Shown here: positions 1 through 8,195 of the stretch, one piece after another
How positions within the stretch are numbered: position 1 is the first letter of the stretch
Layout of the letters: the number at the start of each line of letters is the position of its first letter
DNA from: an uncultured Pseudomonadales bacterium
GTDB taxonomy: Bacteria; Patescibacteriota; Microgenomatia; UBA1400; Chazhemtobacteraceae
Assembly (NCBI GenBank): GCA_964618725.1
Contig: CAZUBK010000002.1
Coordinates: 131,992 to 195,991 of the forward strand
Direction: 5' to 3'
Length of the DNA: 64,000 nt
Translations under genes and position numbers: made by a program
The notes under the pieces: generated by a model
The model's database searches: none
The model's input: the letters and a program-made list of their open reading frames with translations, nothing else
Told to the model about the DNA's origin: nothing

Positions 1-1402
1 TCAAGACAAATTTCAAATTACTGCTGGTAACAAGCGTGGTGCCCTTGGGAAGGAGTTTGGGGGCATCAGTCTTGTTGTAGACGGTTACTTCTCCGGTAGC
101 TTTCTCACCGACTAGAGCCTCACCAGTGGCTGGAGCAGTATCGGTTTTCTCGACTTGTTGAGTTTCTTTGGAGGCTCTTAAAGTGGGGAGAGAGGGGTGA
201 TCTTCACTGCCAAGGGCGACGGTGAGAGTCTTGTTAATGTCGTGGGGAGAAACCAAAACAGTGATGGTGGCATTACCGAGCAGATTGTAACCAACAAATA
301 TTCCACCAAAGCCCAACAGAATGAAGAAAATGGTGATGGGGATAACGGGGAGGTGACTAAAGGAAAGGGGGAGTGGTAGGATGCGGAAGTTGGGAAACGA
401 TATCTTGGGATGGGGAATGGGGAGAGCAGGGAGCTTAAACTTGGATTTGAGAGGATGAGAGGATGGAATGATCTCAGGATCTACAATTATTTCTGGGATT
501 TCGGAATCGGTTGAGTCTTCTTGAGTAAAGCCAAAATCATGAGGCGATAGAGAAGTAGACAGCTCTTCGGTGGTATCAACGGGTTCGACGGGAAGTTCTT
601 TTGGATGAGGAATACCTTCAATGGATTCATCTTCTGAGGCAGGTTCGGAGACTGGGGCTATTTCGATACCAAGGGACTTAGCGGCTTCAGTACCACCGGA
701 GAGGGCGATTGCTTCAATACTGAAATGGGGATCGGGGATTTCGACTTTAGGGAGATGTAGGAAGGCAAGATCATCTTGCCAAGGGTAAGAGACAAGTTGC
801 TGTTCGGCTTCATGGTCGGAGCCGTTGATGATAATAAAACGAGCTGGGAGTTGATCGAGTTCCATACGAGAGAGACCTTCGGCGACATCTTTGGCCAGAT
901 CATCGGAACGGGCGACTTCCTCACGGCTGATTAATTTACCGAGGCGAACGACATTAACACAAACTTTGGATAGACTGAGTTCGAGGATGATGGCAGTAGG
1001 GGGAATACCTTCTTTGTCACGAAGATGTTGAATGATGGCTTCGGTTAAAACAACAAAACCGATGGCTTTAAGTTCTAACTTTTGGAGGAGGTTCTTAAGA
1101 AGGGGGGAATAATCGGTGACAATCTTGTCGTTTTTAATCCAGGATTCGGGCAGGCCAAAGATGACTCGATCGGGTTCAAGACTGGAATCCTTGAGGGCGT
1201 CGGCAAGAGAGTTGTCAACGGCAGTAAGAAGAGAATCAGAGTCACTCCAGGGCAGCACTGTACCAAAAGAAAGAATCTGAGGCTGGCCGTCGATTACCTG
1301 CCAAATGGCGGCTTTAACAAGATCCTCTTGAATCTGGATGGCAATAAAAGTTTCTGGCGGGGGAGCTGAGGGTTTGCTTCCAAAAAGATTTCCAAGTTCC
1401 AT
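1..1402 (-). CDS. FtsA/PilM-like actin-fold domain fused to a TM helix and an extracytoplasmic domain (partial; 3' end beyond left window edge)
   Basis: I translated the minus strand by hand. An open frame of >460 codons runs from ATG at 1402-1400 to the window edge; the first in-frame ATG lies 21 nt after the alaS stop. The N-terminal region resembles the FtsA/PilM cytoplasmic domain. A TM segment follows (VIPITIFFILLGFGGIFVGY), then a T/S-rich external domain. It is absent from the ORF track because no stop codon falls inside the window. Confidence 0.55.
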   Translation of the reverse strand, partial: MELGNLFGSKPSAPPPETFIAIQIQEDLVKAAIWQVIDGQPQILSFGTVLPWSDSDSLLTAVDNSLADALKDSSLEPDRVIFGLPESWIKNDKIVTDYSPLLKNLLQKLELKAIGFVVLTEAIIQHLRDKEGIPPTAIILELSLSKVCVNVVRLGKLISREEVARSDDLAKDVAEGLSRMELDQLPARFIIINGSDHEAEQQLVSYPWQDDLAFLHLPKVEIPDPHFSIEAIALSGGTEAAKSLGIEIAPVSEPASEDESIEGIPHPKELPVEPVDTTEELSTSLSPHDFGFTQEDSTDSEIPEIIVDPEIIPSSHPLKSKFKLPALPIPHPKISFPNFRILPLPLSFSHLPVIPITIFFILLGFGGIFVGYNLLGNATITVLVSPHDINKTLTVALGSEDHPSLPTLRASKETQQVEKTDTAPATGEALVGEKATGEVTVYNKTDAPKLLPKGTTLVTSSNLKFVL

Positions 1403-1427
1403 AATGCGTTGGCTATTTTCTGTCGAA

Positions 1428-3182
1428 TTAACTTTTTAGCCTAGCATAGAGGCGGCGGCGACCACTGCCAACTGATTCCTGTTTATATATTTTGATTCCA
1501 CCGATTTCACCGGTATTTAGGACGTGTGGTCCACCACAGACTTCCTTGCTGAAGCTATCTATACTATACACTGTTACCCGAGTGGGGTAGCGCTGACCAA
1601 AGAAGGCAAGAGCGCCGCTTTTCTTGGCTTCTTCGTAGGAGGTTTCAGTTTTAGTGACGGGTTGATTGGCCTTAATCTGTTGATTAACCAAATCTTCTAC
1701 TAGTTTGAGTTCTTCATCAGTTAGGGCAGCAGGGTGGATGAAATCAAAACGAAGACGCTGCCCGGTGATATTACTGCCGACTTGCTGAACATGATCACCG
1801 AGAATCTGGCGAAGGGATTGATGAATGAGGTGGGTGGCAGTGTGATACTTGGTAGTGGTTTCACTGTGATCGGCGAGGCCGCCCTTAAACATGCCTTTGC
1901 TGGTAGAACGAGAAAGATTTTGATGTTTCTGTTTCTCTAATTCAAATTCCTGTGGATCAAATGTAAGACCAGCTTTTTCAGTCAACTCCTGGATTATTTC
2001 TTGAGGAAAACCGTAAGTTTGGTAGAGGTCAAATGAAGAAACCTTGCCAATTAACTTTAAGCCGTTTTGAAGTGTAGCTTCAAATTTGTCTAATTCTGTT
2101 CCAATGGTTAAAATAATTTTCTGTTTATTGATTGAAAGACTTGGATATGTTGAGGAATAAAGGCGAATATACTCACTAACGATCAGGCTAAATGTGGGTT
2201 GGAAGTCAATATTAGCTATTTTGGAATGGACGGCGGCTCGGCGAATAAGACGTCGGAGAACATAGCCCTCGGTCTTATTGGAAGGCTCTATTTGGGCATC
2301 AATTATAAAAGTAGCGGCTTTGAGGTGATCTAGAATAATGCGAATATTTTCGACTGTTCCTGAAATATTGACTTCTTCTAGAATTTTTTTTGCTGAAAGA
2401 AATAGATCTGTGTTGAACATGTCGGGATCGTTGTGGACAGCGGCCAACATGCGTTCAAGGCCGCCGCCAAAGTCGATATTGTTTTTGGGTAGGTTAATGA
2501 AGCTACCATCAGTTTGCTTTTGGTATTTCATGAATACACTGTTGCCAATTTCAAGAAAACGGCCGCAGTCACAGTTGGGGTGACAGGTTTCACCAAATTT
2601 CGAATCGTGTTCGATTTCGGTGAATTCAAAGAAAACTTCGGAGTCGGGACCGCCTGGTTCACCTGAGGGCATTTGGTCTGGGGTGCCAGAACGACTCCAC
2701 CAGTTTTTTTTGACACCGTAGGCAAAAATACGGTCCTTGGGAATGCCTAAATCCAACCAGAGTTGATAGGCTTGCTCATCGCGGGGAATATCACTGTTTC
2801 CTTCAAAGATGGAGACGGCGAGTTTCTCTTTGGAGAGGCCAAGCTCTTCCGTCAGGAAAGTAAATATCCAGGTAATCTGTTCTTTTTTGAAATAATCACC
2901 AAGAGACCAGTTGCCGAGCATTTCAAAGAAGGTGGTATGACGATTGTCGCCGACTTCTTCGATGTCTTGGGAACGGAAACATTTTTGACTGTCGACCAAA
3001 CGAGTACCGAGAGGATGAGTAGCACCAAGAAGATAGGGCATCATGGGTTGCATGCCTGAGGAAGTAAAGAGGGTGGTGGGGTCGTTTTCGGGCACTAAAG
3101 AAGCAGAGGGAATGACAATGTGTCCCTTGTCTTTGAAGAAGTCTAGATATTTTTTTCTCAATTGATTACCGGTCATCCCCAT
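1428..3182 (-). CDS. alaS: alanine--tRNA ligase, short form lacking C-Ala domain
   Basis: Class II AlaRS motifs are present (FTSSGMQPMMPYLLG, WSRSGTPDQMP). Editing-domain HxxxH (HTATHLIH) and CxxxH (CGGPHV) are also present. The protein is only 584 aa. Confidence 0.9.
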   Translation of the reverse strand: MGMTGNQLRKKYLDFFKDKGHIVIPSASLVPENDPTTLFTSSGMQPMMPYLLGATHPLGTRLVDSQKCFRSQDIEEVGDNRHTTFFEMLGNWSLGDYFKKEQITWIFTFLTEELGLSKEKLAVSIFEGNSDIPRDEQAYQLWLDLGIPKDRIFAYGVKKNWWSRSGTPDQMPSGEPGGPDSEVFFEFTEIEHDSKFGETCHPNCDCGRFLEIGNSVFMKYQKQTDGSFINLPKNNIDFGGGLERMLAAVHNDPDMFNTDLFLSAKKILEEVNISGTVENIRIILDHLKAATFIIDAQIEPSNKTEGYVLRRLIRRAAVHSKIANIDFQPTFSLIVSEYIRLYSSTYPSLSINKQKIILTIGTELDKFEATLQNGLKLIGKVSSFDLYQTYGFPQEIIQELTEKAGLTFDPQEFELEKQKHQNLSRSTSKGMFKGGLADHSETTTKYHTATHLIHQSLRQILGDHVQQVGSNITGQRLRFDFIHPAALTDEELKLVEDLVNQQIKANQPVTKTETSYEEAKKSGALAFFGQRYPTRVTVYSIDSFSKEVCGGPHVLNTGEIGGIKIYKQESVGSGRRRLYARLKS

Positions 3183-3202
3183 ATTTTACTCGATGGGCGC
3201 AG

Positions 3203-3238
3203 AAAAAGAAAAAGATTGAGGGCCCTTGCGGGCCCTCG
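3203..3238 (-). terminator. intrinsic terminator hairpin (gagggccc-ttgc-gggccctc) followed by T-run on minus strand
   Basis: Perfect 8-bp GC stem at 3219-3238. A-run 3203-3216 on plus equals a U-run on the minus transcript. It lies between the stop of the 3242-3595 gene and the alaS start. Confidence 0.5.
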
Positions 3239-3241
3239 TGA

Positions 3242-3595
3242 CTAAAGTTCGTCGAAGATGGACTTCTGCGGCGCTGGCGGAGTGGGGGCCGGAAGACCCT
3301 CGGTCAGCACGTCGAGAAGCTTACGAAGATTTTCCTCGGTAGTGGTAGGCGCAAGACTAATCGTGATGATCAGCGACTGTGGGTTAAACGAATCGCCGAC
3401 AGGATCTGTCTTGAGTGTCACTATGCGCTCCAGATATTGACGGGGAAAGTCCAGCTCTATCTGAATACAACCCGCACCACAACGCAGCGCGATCTTGGTT
3501 ACCTCGACACCGGGAAACCTTTTTTCGGCGTTTGCCTTAACCACTTGAAAGATCACCCCGGTGTTGGTCTCGCCCACTTTTTTGAAAACTGCCAT
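3242..3595 (-). CDS. hypothetical protein (117 aa)
   Basis: Clean ORF followed by the terminator at 3203-3238. No motif recognised. Confidence 0.45.
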   Translation of the reverse strand: MAVFKKVGETNTGVIFQVVKANAEKRFPGVEVTKIALRCGAGCIQIELDFPRQYLERIVTLKTDPVGDSFNPQSLIITISLAPTTTEENLRKLLDVLTEGLPAPTPPAPQKSIFDEL

Positions 3596-3659
3596 TGTTA
3601 CCCCCTTATGAGAGTGTTAGATTGGAGTTGTTGTATTATAGGGCTAGGCTGCTCAAAAG

Positions 3660-4025
3660 TCAAGAGAGGGGTTTGCCGTCTCGGGTAAAGAAGCTCCCAT
3701 CGGAGAGGTCGCGATGGAGACGGTTGATGACTTGTTGGCCGGTGTTTTGGACGGTGGTGTTGATCTGACGGACTGAGTCGGCCAGGGTATCGAGGTGTTC
3801 TTGAGTCTGTTGACGAAGTTCTTTGGTAGTCTCGGGCAGGTTGCCAGCTTGTTTGTTGAGTTCTTCACCTAGGACTTTGACAGTTTTGACCAGGTTTTTG
3901 GCAAATTTACGGCCATCCTCAGTGCCAAAGGTAAGGGCGAGGATGCCGCCAACGACGGCACCGGTAAAAAAGGAGCTAAGAGAGCTATCATTATGGTCGT
4001 GAGGCTCAGAGTGCATCGGGGGCAT
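3660..4025 (-). CDS. YtxH-like (DUF948-partner) general stress-type protein
   Basis: The C-terminal 120 aa of ORF 3660-4211 match the YtxH pattern: a hydrophobic GAVVGGILALTFG segment followed by a long coiled coil. The upstream 60 aa are low-complexity S/T and probably not translated, so I started at internal Met (4025). Confidence 0.45.
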   Translation of the reverse strand: MPPMHSEPHDHNDSSLSSFFTGAVVGGILALTFGTEDGRKFAKNLVKTVKVLGEELNKQAGNLPETTKELRQQTQEHLDTLADSVRQINTTVQNTGQQVINRLHRDLSDGSFFTRDGKPLS

Positions 4026-4305
4026 ATGGAGATGATGATTGTTGACGACGATTGGAGAGGAGGTGAGTAACAGTATCGACAATTTTGAGGCCTTCTCGGA
4101 GACCACTGACGATACCACCAAGATTTTGAGTGGGATTGCTGAACTTGTGGAGGATGTTTTCTGATTGGTCGAGGATGGCGTTGACGCGTTTGAGAGTATA
4201 GCGGAAGTCACGGAGGACTATGACGATATAGAAACCGATGATGGTGAGAAGAACAGTGAGAACGGTGATGACGATAACGGGGAGAGCGGAAGCCAGATTA
4301 ATCAT
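4006..4305 (-). CDS. DUF948/YtxG-like small membrane protein
   Basis: N-terminal TM helix followed by a charged helical region, typical of DUF948. It sits immediately upstream of the YtxH-like gene, as in the Bacillus ytxG-ytxH pair. Confidence 0.5.
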   Translation of the reverse strand: MINLASALPVIVITVLTVLLTIIGFYIVIVLRDFRYTLKRVNAILDQSENILHKFSNPTQNLGGIVSGLREGLKIVDTVTHLLSNRRQQSSSPYAPDAL

Positions 4306-4329
4306 TAAATAAAGTGTATTAAATTAGAG

Positions 4330-4371
4330 GAAAGAATGCAAAGAAACGCCCACCTGAAGTTCAGGTGGGCG
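4330..4371 (-). terminator. intrinsic terminator (cgcccacctgaa..ttcaggtgggcg hairpin + U-run)
   Basis: 12-bp inverted repeat at 4347-4371, followed on the minus strand by a T-rich run (plus 4336-4346 A-rich). It lies downstream of the 4378-4719 gene. Confidence 0.5.
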
Positions 4372-4377
4372 TCACTA

Positions 4378-4719
4378 CTAGTCGATAACAACCAAATAGA
4401 TACTTATGCCAGTGCTCGAAAACTCTGAGCCATTGGCATAGGCCCGGGCCACCCGAGCCTTGTCAAACTTTGTAAGGGAAATTCCCTTTCCACACTGGGG
4501 GCACTCGACGATGCCTGTCTTGGAATCCCAGGCCATTTTCGTTGAGGCCCGGTAGTGCTCGGCGTGACGAATGTCGTACGCTGAGAACTCAGGAGGTACG
4601 GGTTCGCCCTTCCTCCTGATTACGACCAAGTCGTGGGGACTCAAATACCCCGGTGGGGTTCCCGTCTGAGCCTCTTTTGGCAGATCGAAAGCTGTTGCCG
4701 AGATGGGGGTGTCTGACAT
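4378..4719 (-). CDS. hypothetical CxxC (zinc-ribbon-like) protein, GC-rich orphan
   Basis: The internal Met (MSDTP...) has SD AGGAGA 7 nt upstream. Protein carries CPQCGKG. Local GC is about 55% against a window average of about 47%. TTGACT-17-TAGGAT promoter at 4824-4852 on the minus strand gives a roughly 100-nt leader. Confidence 0.45.
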   Translation of the reverse strand: MSDTPISATAFDLPKEAQTGTPPGYLSPHDLVVIRRKGEPVPPEFSAYDIRHAEHYRASTKMAWDSKTGIVECPQCGKGISLTKFDKARVARAYANGSEFSSTGISIYLVVID

Positions 4720-4890
4720 TGTGCGTCTCCTATATAAGCCATACGTAGCCGTACAAAGCCGGTTGACCGTGTAGCGACCTGACCCGGAATCAACGTATGA
4801 CAATGATTAAGCCGGATGTTCGCATCCTACCATGGGTTGATGAAAAAGTCAAGGCTATGGGCTCTGATTCAGACATGAAATGGTGGGTTT

Positions 4891-5529
4891 TCAGTCTGAG
4901 CTTAGGACGGTGAAGGTCAGGCTTCTTTGAGCGGTCTTGCCGAAGCGGTTGGTGGCGACGACTTTGAGTTGATGAGTCCCGGGAGAGAGACTAATCTTGG
5001 TAAGAAATAGGCCAGATTGATCGACACTTAAGTCAGTATCATCATTGAGGGTAATCAGGGAGTCGGACGAGCTCTTGCCTTCGATAGTGACAGGAGAGGT
5101 GACGACGGCATTTTCTCTGGGTTGGAGTATTTCAAGGGGGGGCGGGATGACGAGAGCCCGATATTGGAAAAGTAAGTAACTGAAAAAAACAACAAAACCG
5201 CTAATAAAAAGTAAAAGAGAGCTTTTGGAGAACTGATGAAGCAGAGGGCGCTTAAGAGAATGAGATGTGTCAGAGGAGAGAGACGCAGTTGCCTTTGGCT
5301 GGGAATCACGGCGGTAGATGGCGATGAGTTTTTCGGGATCGTATTTCAAGATTTGGGCGTAGTTACGAATGAAGCCTTTAGTGAAGGTGGGGGGAGGAAG
5401 TAGATGATATAGATCGGCCTCGAGGGCTTTAAGATGTTTGATTTCGATTCGGGTGGTTTTAGAGATCTCTTTTAGTGTGAGATGTCTATCCTTTCGAGTA
5501 GAAGTAAGAATTTCACCTAACGTTTTCAT
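4891..5529 (-). CDS. RodZ-like helix-turn-helix membrane protein
   Basis: N-terminal XRE-type HTH (LGEILTSTRKDRHLTLKEISKTTRI), a central TM segment and a C-terminal beta-rich domain. This is the RodZ architecture. Confidence 0.55.
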   Translation of the reverse strand: MKTLGEILTSTRKDRHLTLKEISKTTRIEIKHLKALEADLYHLLPPPTFTKGFIRNYAQILKYDPEKLIAIYRRDSQPKATASLSSDTSHSLKRPLLHQFSKSSLLLFISGFVVFFSYLLFQYRALVIPPPLEILQPRENAVVTSPVTIEGKSSSDSLITLNDDTDLSVDQSGLFLTKISLSPGTHQLKVVATNRFGKTAQRSLTFTVLSSD

Positions 5530-5555
5530 CGATCGAAAAAAATAATTGGGAGAAG

Positions 5556-7634
5556 TTACTGTCCGTGGGCACGGGAGAAGAACTCATCGGCATTCTTGAT
5601 TAGGACATCGCGCGGTTTGCTGCCCTCAGCGACGCCGACAACACCGGCTTTTTCGAGTTGATCGAGAATGCGGGCGGCTCGAGCATAACCAATGGAGAGG
5701 CGACGTTGAAGAAGTGAGGCAGAGGCCTTGTCGTACTCGACACAGACTCTGACCGAGTCAGTAAAGAGATCATCTACCTCACCTAAAGCCTCGCCTGCGA
5801 GACTGACTTGGGGTTTGGCATGATATGAGGTGGTGACTTCTTGACTGTATTCGGGTTCGACGCCGGCTTTTTTAAGATAGTCAACAAGACTAACTATCTC
5901 GGCATCGTCGACAAAGGTGCCTTGAATACGACGGGGCTTACTATCATCGGGGGGGATGAAGAGCATATCACCTTTACCAAGAAGCTTCTCGGCACCGGGA
6001 GAGTCGATGATGACGCGAGAGTCGATCATAGAGGCGACATTAAAGGCAATACGAGCGGGAATATTGGCCTTGATAAGACCGGTGATGACGTCGACGGACG
6101 GACGTTGGGTAGCGAGGACGAGGTGGATACCAACGGCGCGGGCCATTTGGGCAATACGAGTAATGGCGTCTTCTACATCGGAAGGAGCGAACATAATGAT
6201 ATCGGCGAGTTCGTCGATGACGATGACAATATACGGCATGGCCTGGAAGCCGGAGAGTTCATTGTAAGCGGCAATATTTCGGACGCCGACCTCGGCAAAG
6301 AGTTTGTAGCGGCGTTCCATTTCGGACATGGCCCATTTAAGGGCAGAAACTACTTTCTCGGGATCGGTGATGACGGGAGTGAGAAGGTGGGGGATGTTGT
6401 TGTAGCCGGTTAACTCGACGCGTTTGGGGTCAACGAGAATGAATTTGACTTCAGCTGGAGAGGCGCGGAAAAGAATTGAGGCAATGAAGGCATTGATGGC
6501 GACTGATTTGCCAGAACCAGTGGAGCCGGCGATGAGAATGTGGGGCATTTTGGCCAGATCAGTAACGGTTGGTTCTCCGGCGACGTTGAGGCCTAAAGCG
6601 ACGGCGAGTTTACTTTTGTTGCCTTGAAGAGCGGGGGAGGTAAGCATTTGTTTGAGTGAGACGAACTCGAGAGAGCGATTGGGGACCTCGATCCCGACAA
6701 GGTCACGACCTGGGATGGGGGCTTCAATACGGATCTGTCCTTGAGGAGCAGAGAGAGCCAGGGCGAGGTCAGGGGCGAGGTTGGTGATCTTACTAAGTTT
6801 AGTACCGGTGGCAATACGAATAGCGTATTGAGTAACGGCGGGACCCATGTTGACTTCCTCGACTTTGGTTTCGACACCAAAAGAACCAAGAGTCTTTTCA
6901 ATGATGGCAACATTGCCGTGAATATCCCCTCGATCGGCTTTGTTGCGTTTTTGATCAGAGAGAAGCGAGATTGGGGGGAGCTCCCAAATAGTGGCGTCGC
7001 CCTTGTTGCTGACGAGAGTGGGAGTGACGTCAGAAGAAGAGGGGTTACCTTGTTCAGATTCGTTTAAAGCCATGCCTTTGACTTTGAGTTCGGTAGATGG
7101 GAGGGGGATGTGGGGCTTCAATTTCTTGACATTAGGCAAAACTCTGCCTGTCTTTTGAACAGTTTGGGAGATCTTGTGCAGGGCGGCAACTAGATCTTCG
7201 ATGGAGGTCTCTAAAAAGATAAGTAGACCAATGGCCGTGGCGGCCAGAAAGAGGAGAAAAGAGCCGGCTGGAGTGATCAATTCTGCAATGGAGGTAAAGA
7301 ATTTGAGGCCGATTTCGCCGGCTTTGGTGAGACCAGTGAGGGCGAAGATGGTAATGAGAGCACCAATGAAGATATTGGGGCGGGCGATCTGCCATTTGAC
7401 CTTAGTAATGAGGAGTCCGCCGGAAATGAAGATAAAGGGGAGAAAGAGGAGAACCCAGCCAAAAAAACGGGAGCCTAGTTCATAGATGCGAGTGAGAATG
7501 GGACCTTGTTGAGAGAAGGAGATGGAGATGAGGCCGCCGATACTAATGATGATGACAGCACCAATCGAGGAGAGGGTGTCTTTTTTGAGATTCAGTTTGA
7601 ATGGTTTAGAACGGCGACCTTTTTTACGAGCCAT
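5556..7634 (-). CDS. ftsK: DNA translocase FtsK/SpoIIIE
   Basis: N-terminal TM helices, Walker A GSTGSGKS, and an FtsK motor domain. The C-terminal winged helix (FtsK gamma domain) is present. Confidence 0.9.
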   Translation of the reverse strand: MARKKGRRSKPFKLNLKKDTLSSIGAVIIISIGGLISISFSQQGPILTRIYELGSRFFGWVLLFLPFIFISGGLLITKVKWQIARPNIFIGALITIFALTGLTKAGEIGLKFFTSIAELITPAGSFLLFLAATAIGLLIFLETSIEDLVAALHKISQTVQKTGRVLPNVKKLKPHIPLPSTELKVKGMALNESEQGNPSSSDVTPTLVSNKGDATIWELPPISLLSDQKRNKADRGDIHGNVAIIEKTLGSFGVETKVEEVNMGPAVTQYAIRIATGTKLSKITNLAPDLALALSAPQGQIRIEAPIPGRDLVGIEVPNRSLEFVSLKQMLTSPALQGNKSKLAVALGLNVAGEPTVTDLAKMPHILIAGSTGSGKSVAINAFIASILFRASPAEVKFILVDPKRVELTGYNNIPHLLTPVITDPEKVVSALKWAMSEMERRYKLFAEVGVRNIAAYNELSGFQAMPYIVIVIDELADIIMFAPSDVEDAITRIAQMARAVGIHLVLATQRPSVDVITGLIKANIPARIAFNVASMIDSRVIIDSPGAEKLLGKGDMLFIPPDDSKPRRIQGTFVDDAEIVSLVDYLKKAGVEPEYSQEVTTSYHAKPQVSLAGEALGEVDDLFTDSVRVCVEYDKASASLLQRRLSIGYARAARILDQLEKAGVVGVAEGSKPRDVLIKNADEFFSRAHGQ

Positions 7635-7662
7635 GGCAACAGTATATCGTAAGCTCGTGCCA

Positions 7663-7715
7663 AAGAAAAATCCCCCTGGGAGAGGGGGATCTGTGACCCG
7701 CCGGTGAAGGCGGGT
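7663..7715 (-). terminator. tandem hairpins (acccgcc..ggcgggt and atccccc..gggggat) followed by U-run
   Basis: Two perfect 7-bp GC stems; the second is followed on the minus strand by TTTTCTTTGG. They sit between the small membrane ORFs and ftsK. Confidence 0.4.
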
Positions 7716-7924
7716 AAGAGTTAGATGGACTTACTTATTCAAGGTATCACTAGCGAGATCTGACCACCAAACGAGCATGGCTAACAATGCCAGAGAGATA
7801 AAGACTCCGCTCAAAAGGTATTGGTCGGTAAGTAATAGAAGTGACCCTACCAAAAACAAGGCGAGCATGCAGAGAAATGATGCCAATTGGAGGGGGACCC
7901 TTTGGATTTTCAAGATAGCTCCTT

Positions 7925-8152
7925 TCAAATTGCTTGCAAGATGATAACGATAATCTGTGACATATTGGCAATTACAATGCCGACCACGTAGGCTACTGAT
8001 ATACCGAAGAAAACGTGGAACCAGGACGAGTTGTGTTTGAAAATAGCTGGCGAGATGCGAAGGGCGCTGAGCATGCCAAGGCTTACACTGATGGCCCATC
8101 CTAGTACCCCTGCGACAATTCCGATAAGCGCTGCCTGACTTAAGTTGTCCAA
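7925..8152 (-). CDS. small hydrophobic membrane protein (75 aa), TTG start
   Basis: TTG start is preceded by a perfect SD (TAGGAGGTGAACT-TTG). The sequence shows two predicted TM helices. Confidence 0.5.
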   Translation of the reverse strand: MDNLSQAALIGIVAGVLGWAISVSLGMLSALRISPAIFKHNSSWFHVFFGISVAYVVGIVIANMSQIIVIILQAI

Positions 8153-8195
8153 AGTTCACCTCCTAAAGAATGTGGGTATTATAAGCCTTCTTATC

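Noticed and set aside
3660-4211. Full 183-aa ORF as a single gene overlapping the DUF948-like gene by about 200 nt
   Set aside because: The N-terminal 60 residues are S/T low-complexity and overlap a better-supported gene in another frame. I used the internal start instead.
5841-6413. 190-aa plus-strand ORF (and 5956-6267) inside ftsK
   Set aside because: It lies antisense within a well-supported conserved gene, with low-complexity G/D-rich translation. I treat it as an antisense artefact.
7731-8159. 142-aa ORF (and 7750-7971) overlapping the small membrane-protein gene
   Set aside because: Arg/Cys/His-rich improbable composition and no RBS. The overlapping 75-aa ORF has a perfect SD. Only its last about 46 codons (hydrophobic) might be a separate tiny gene, and support for that is weak.
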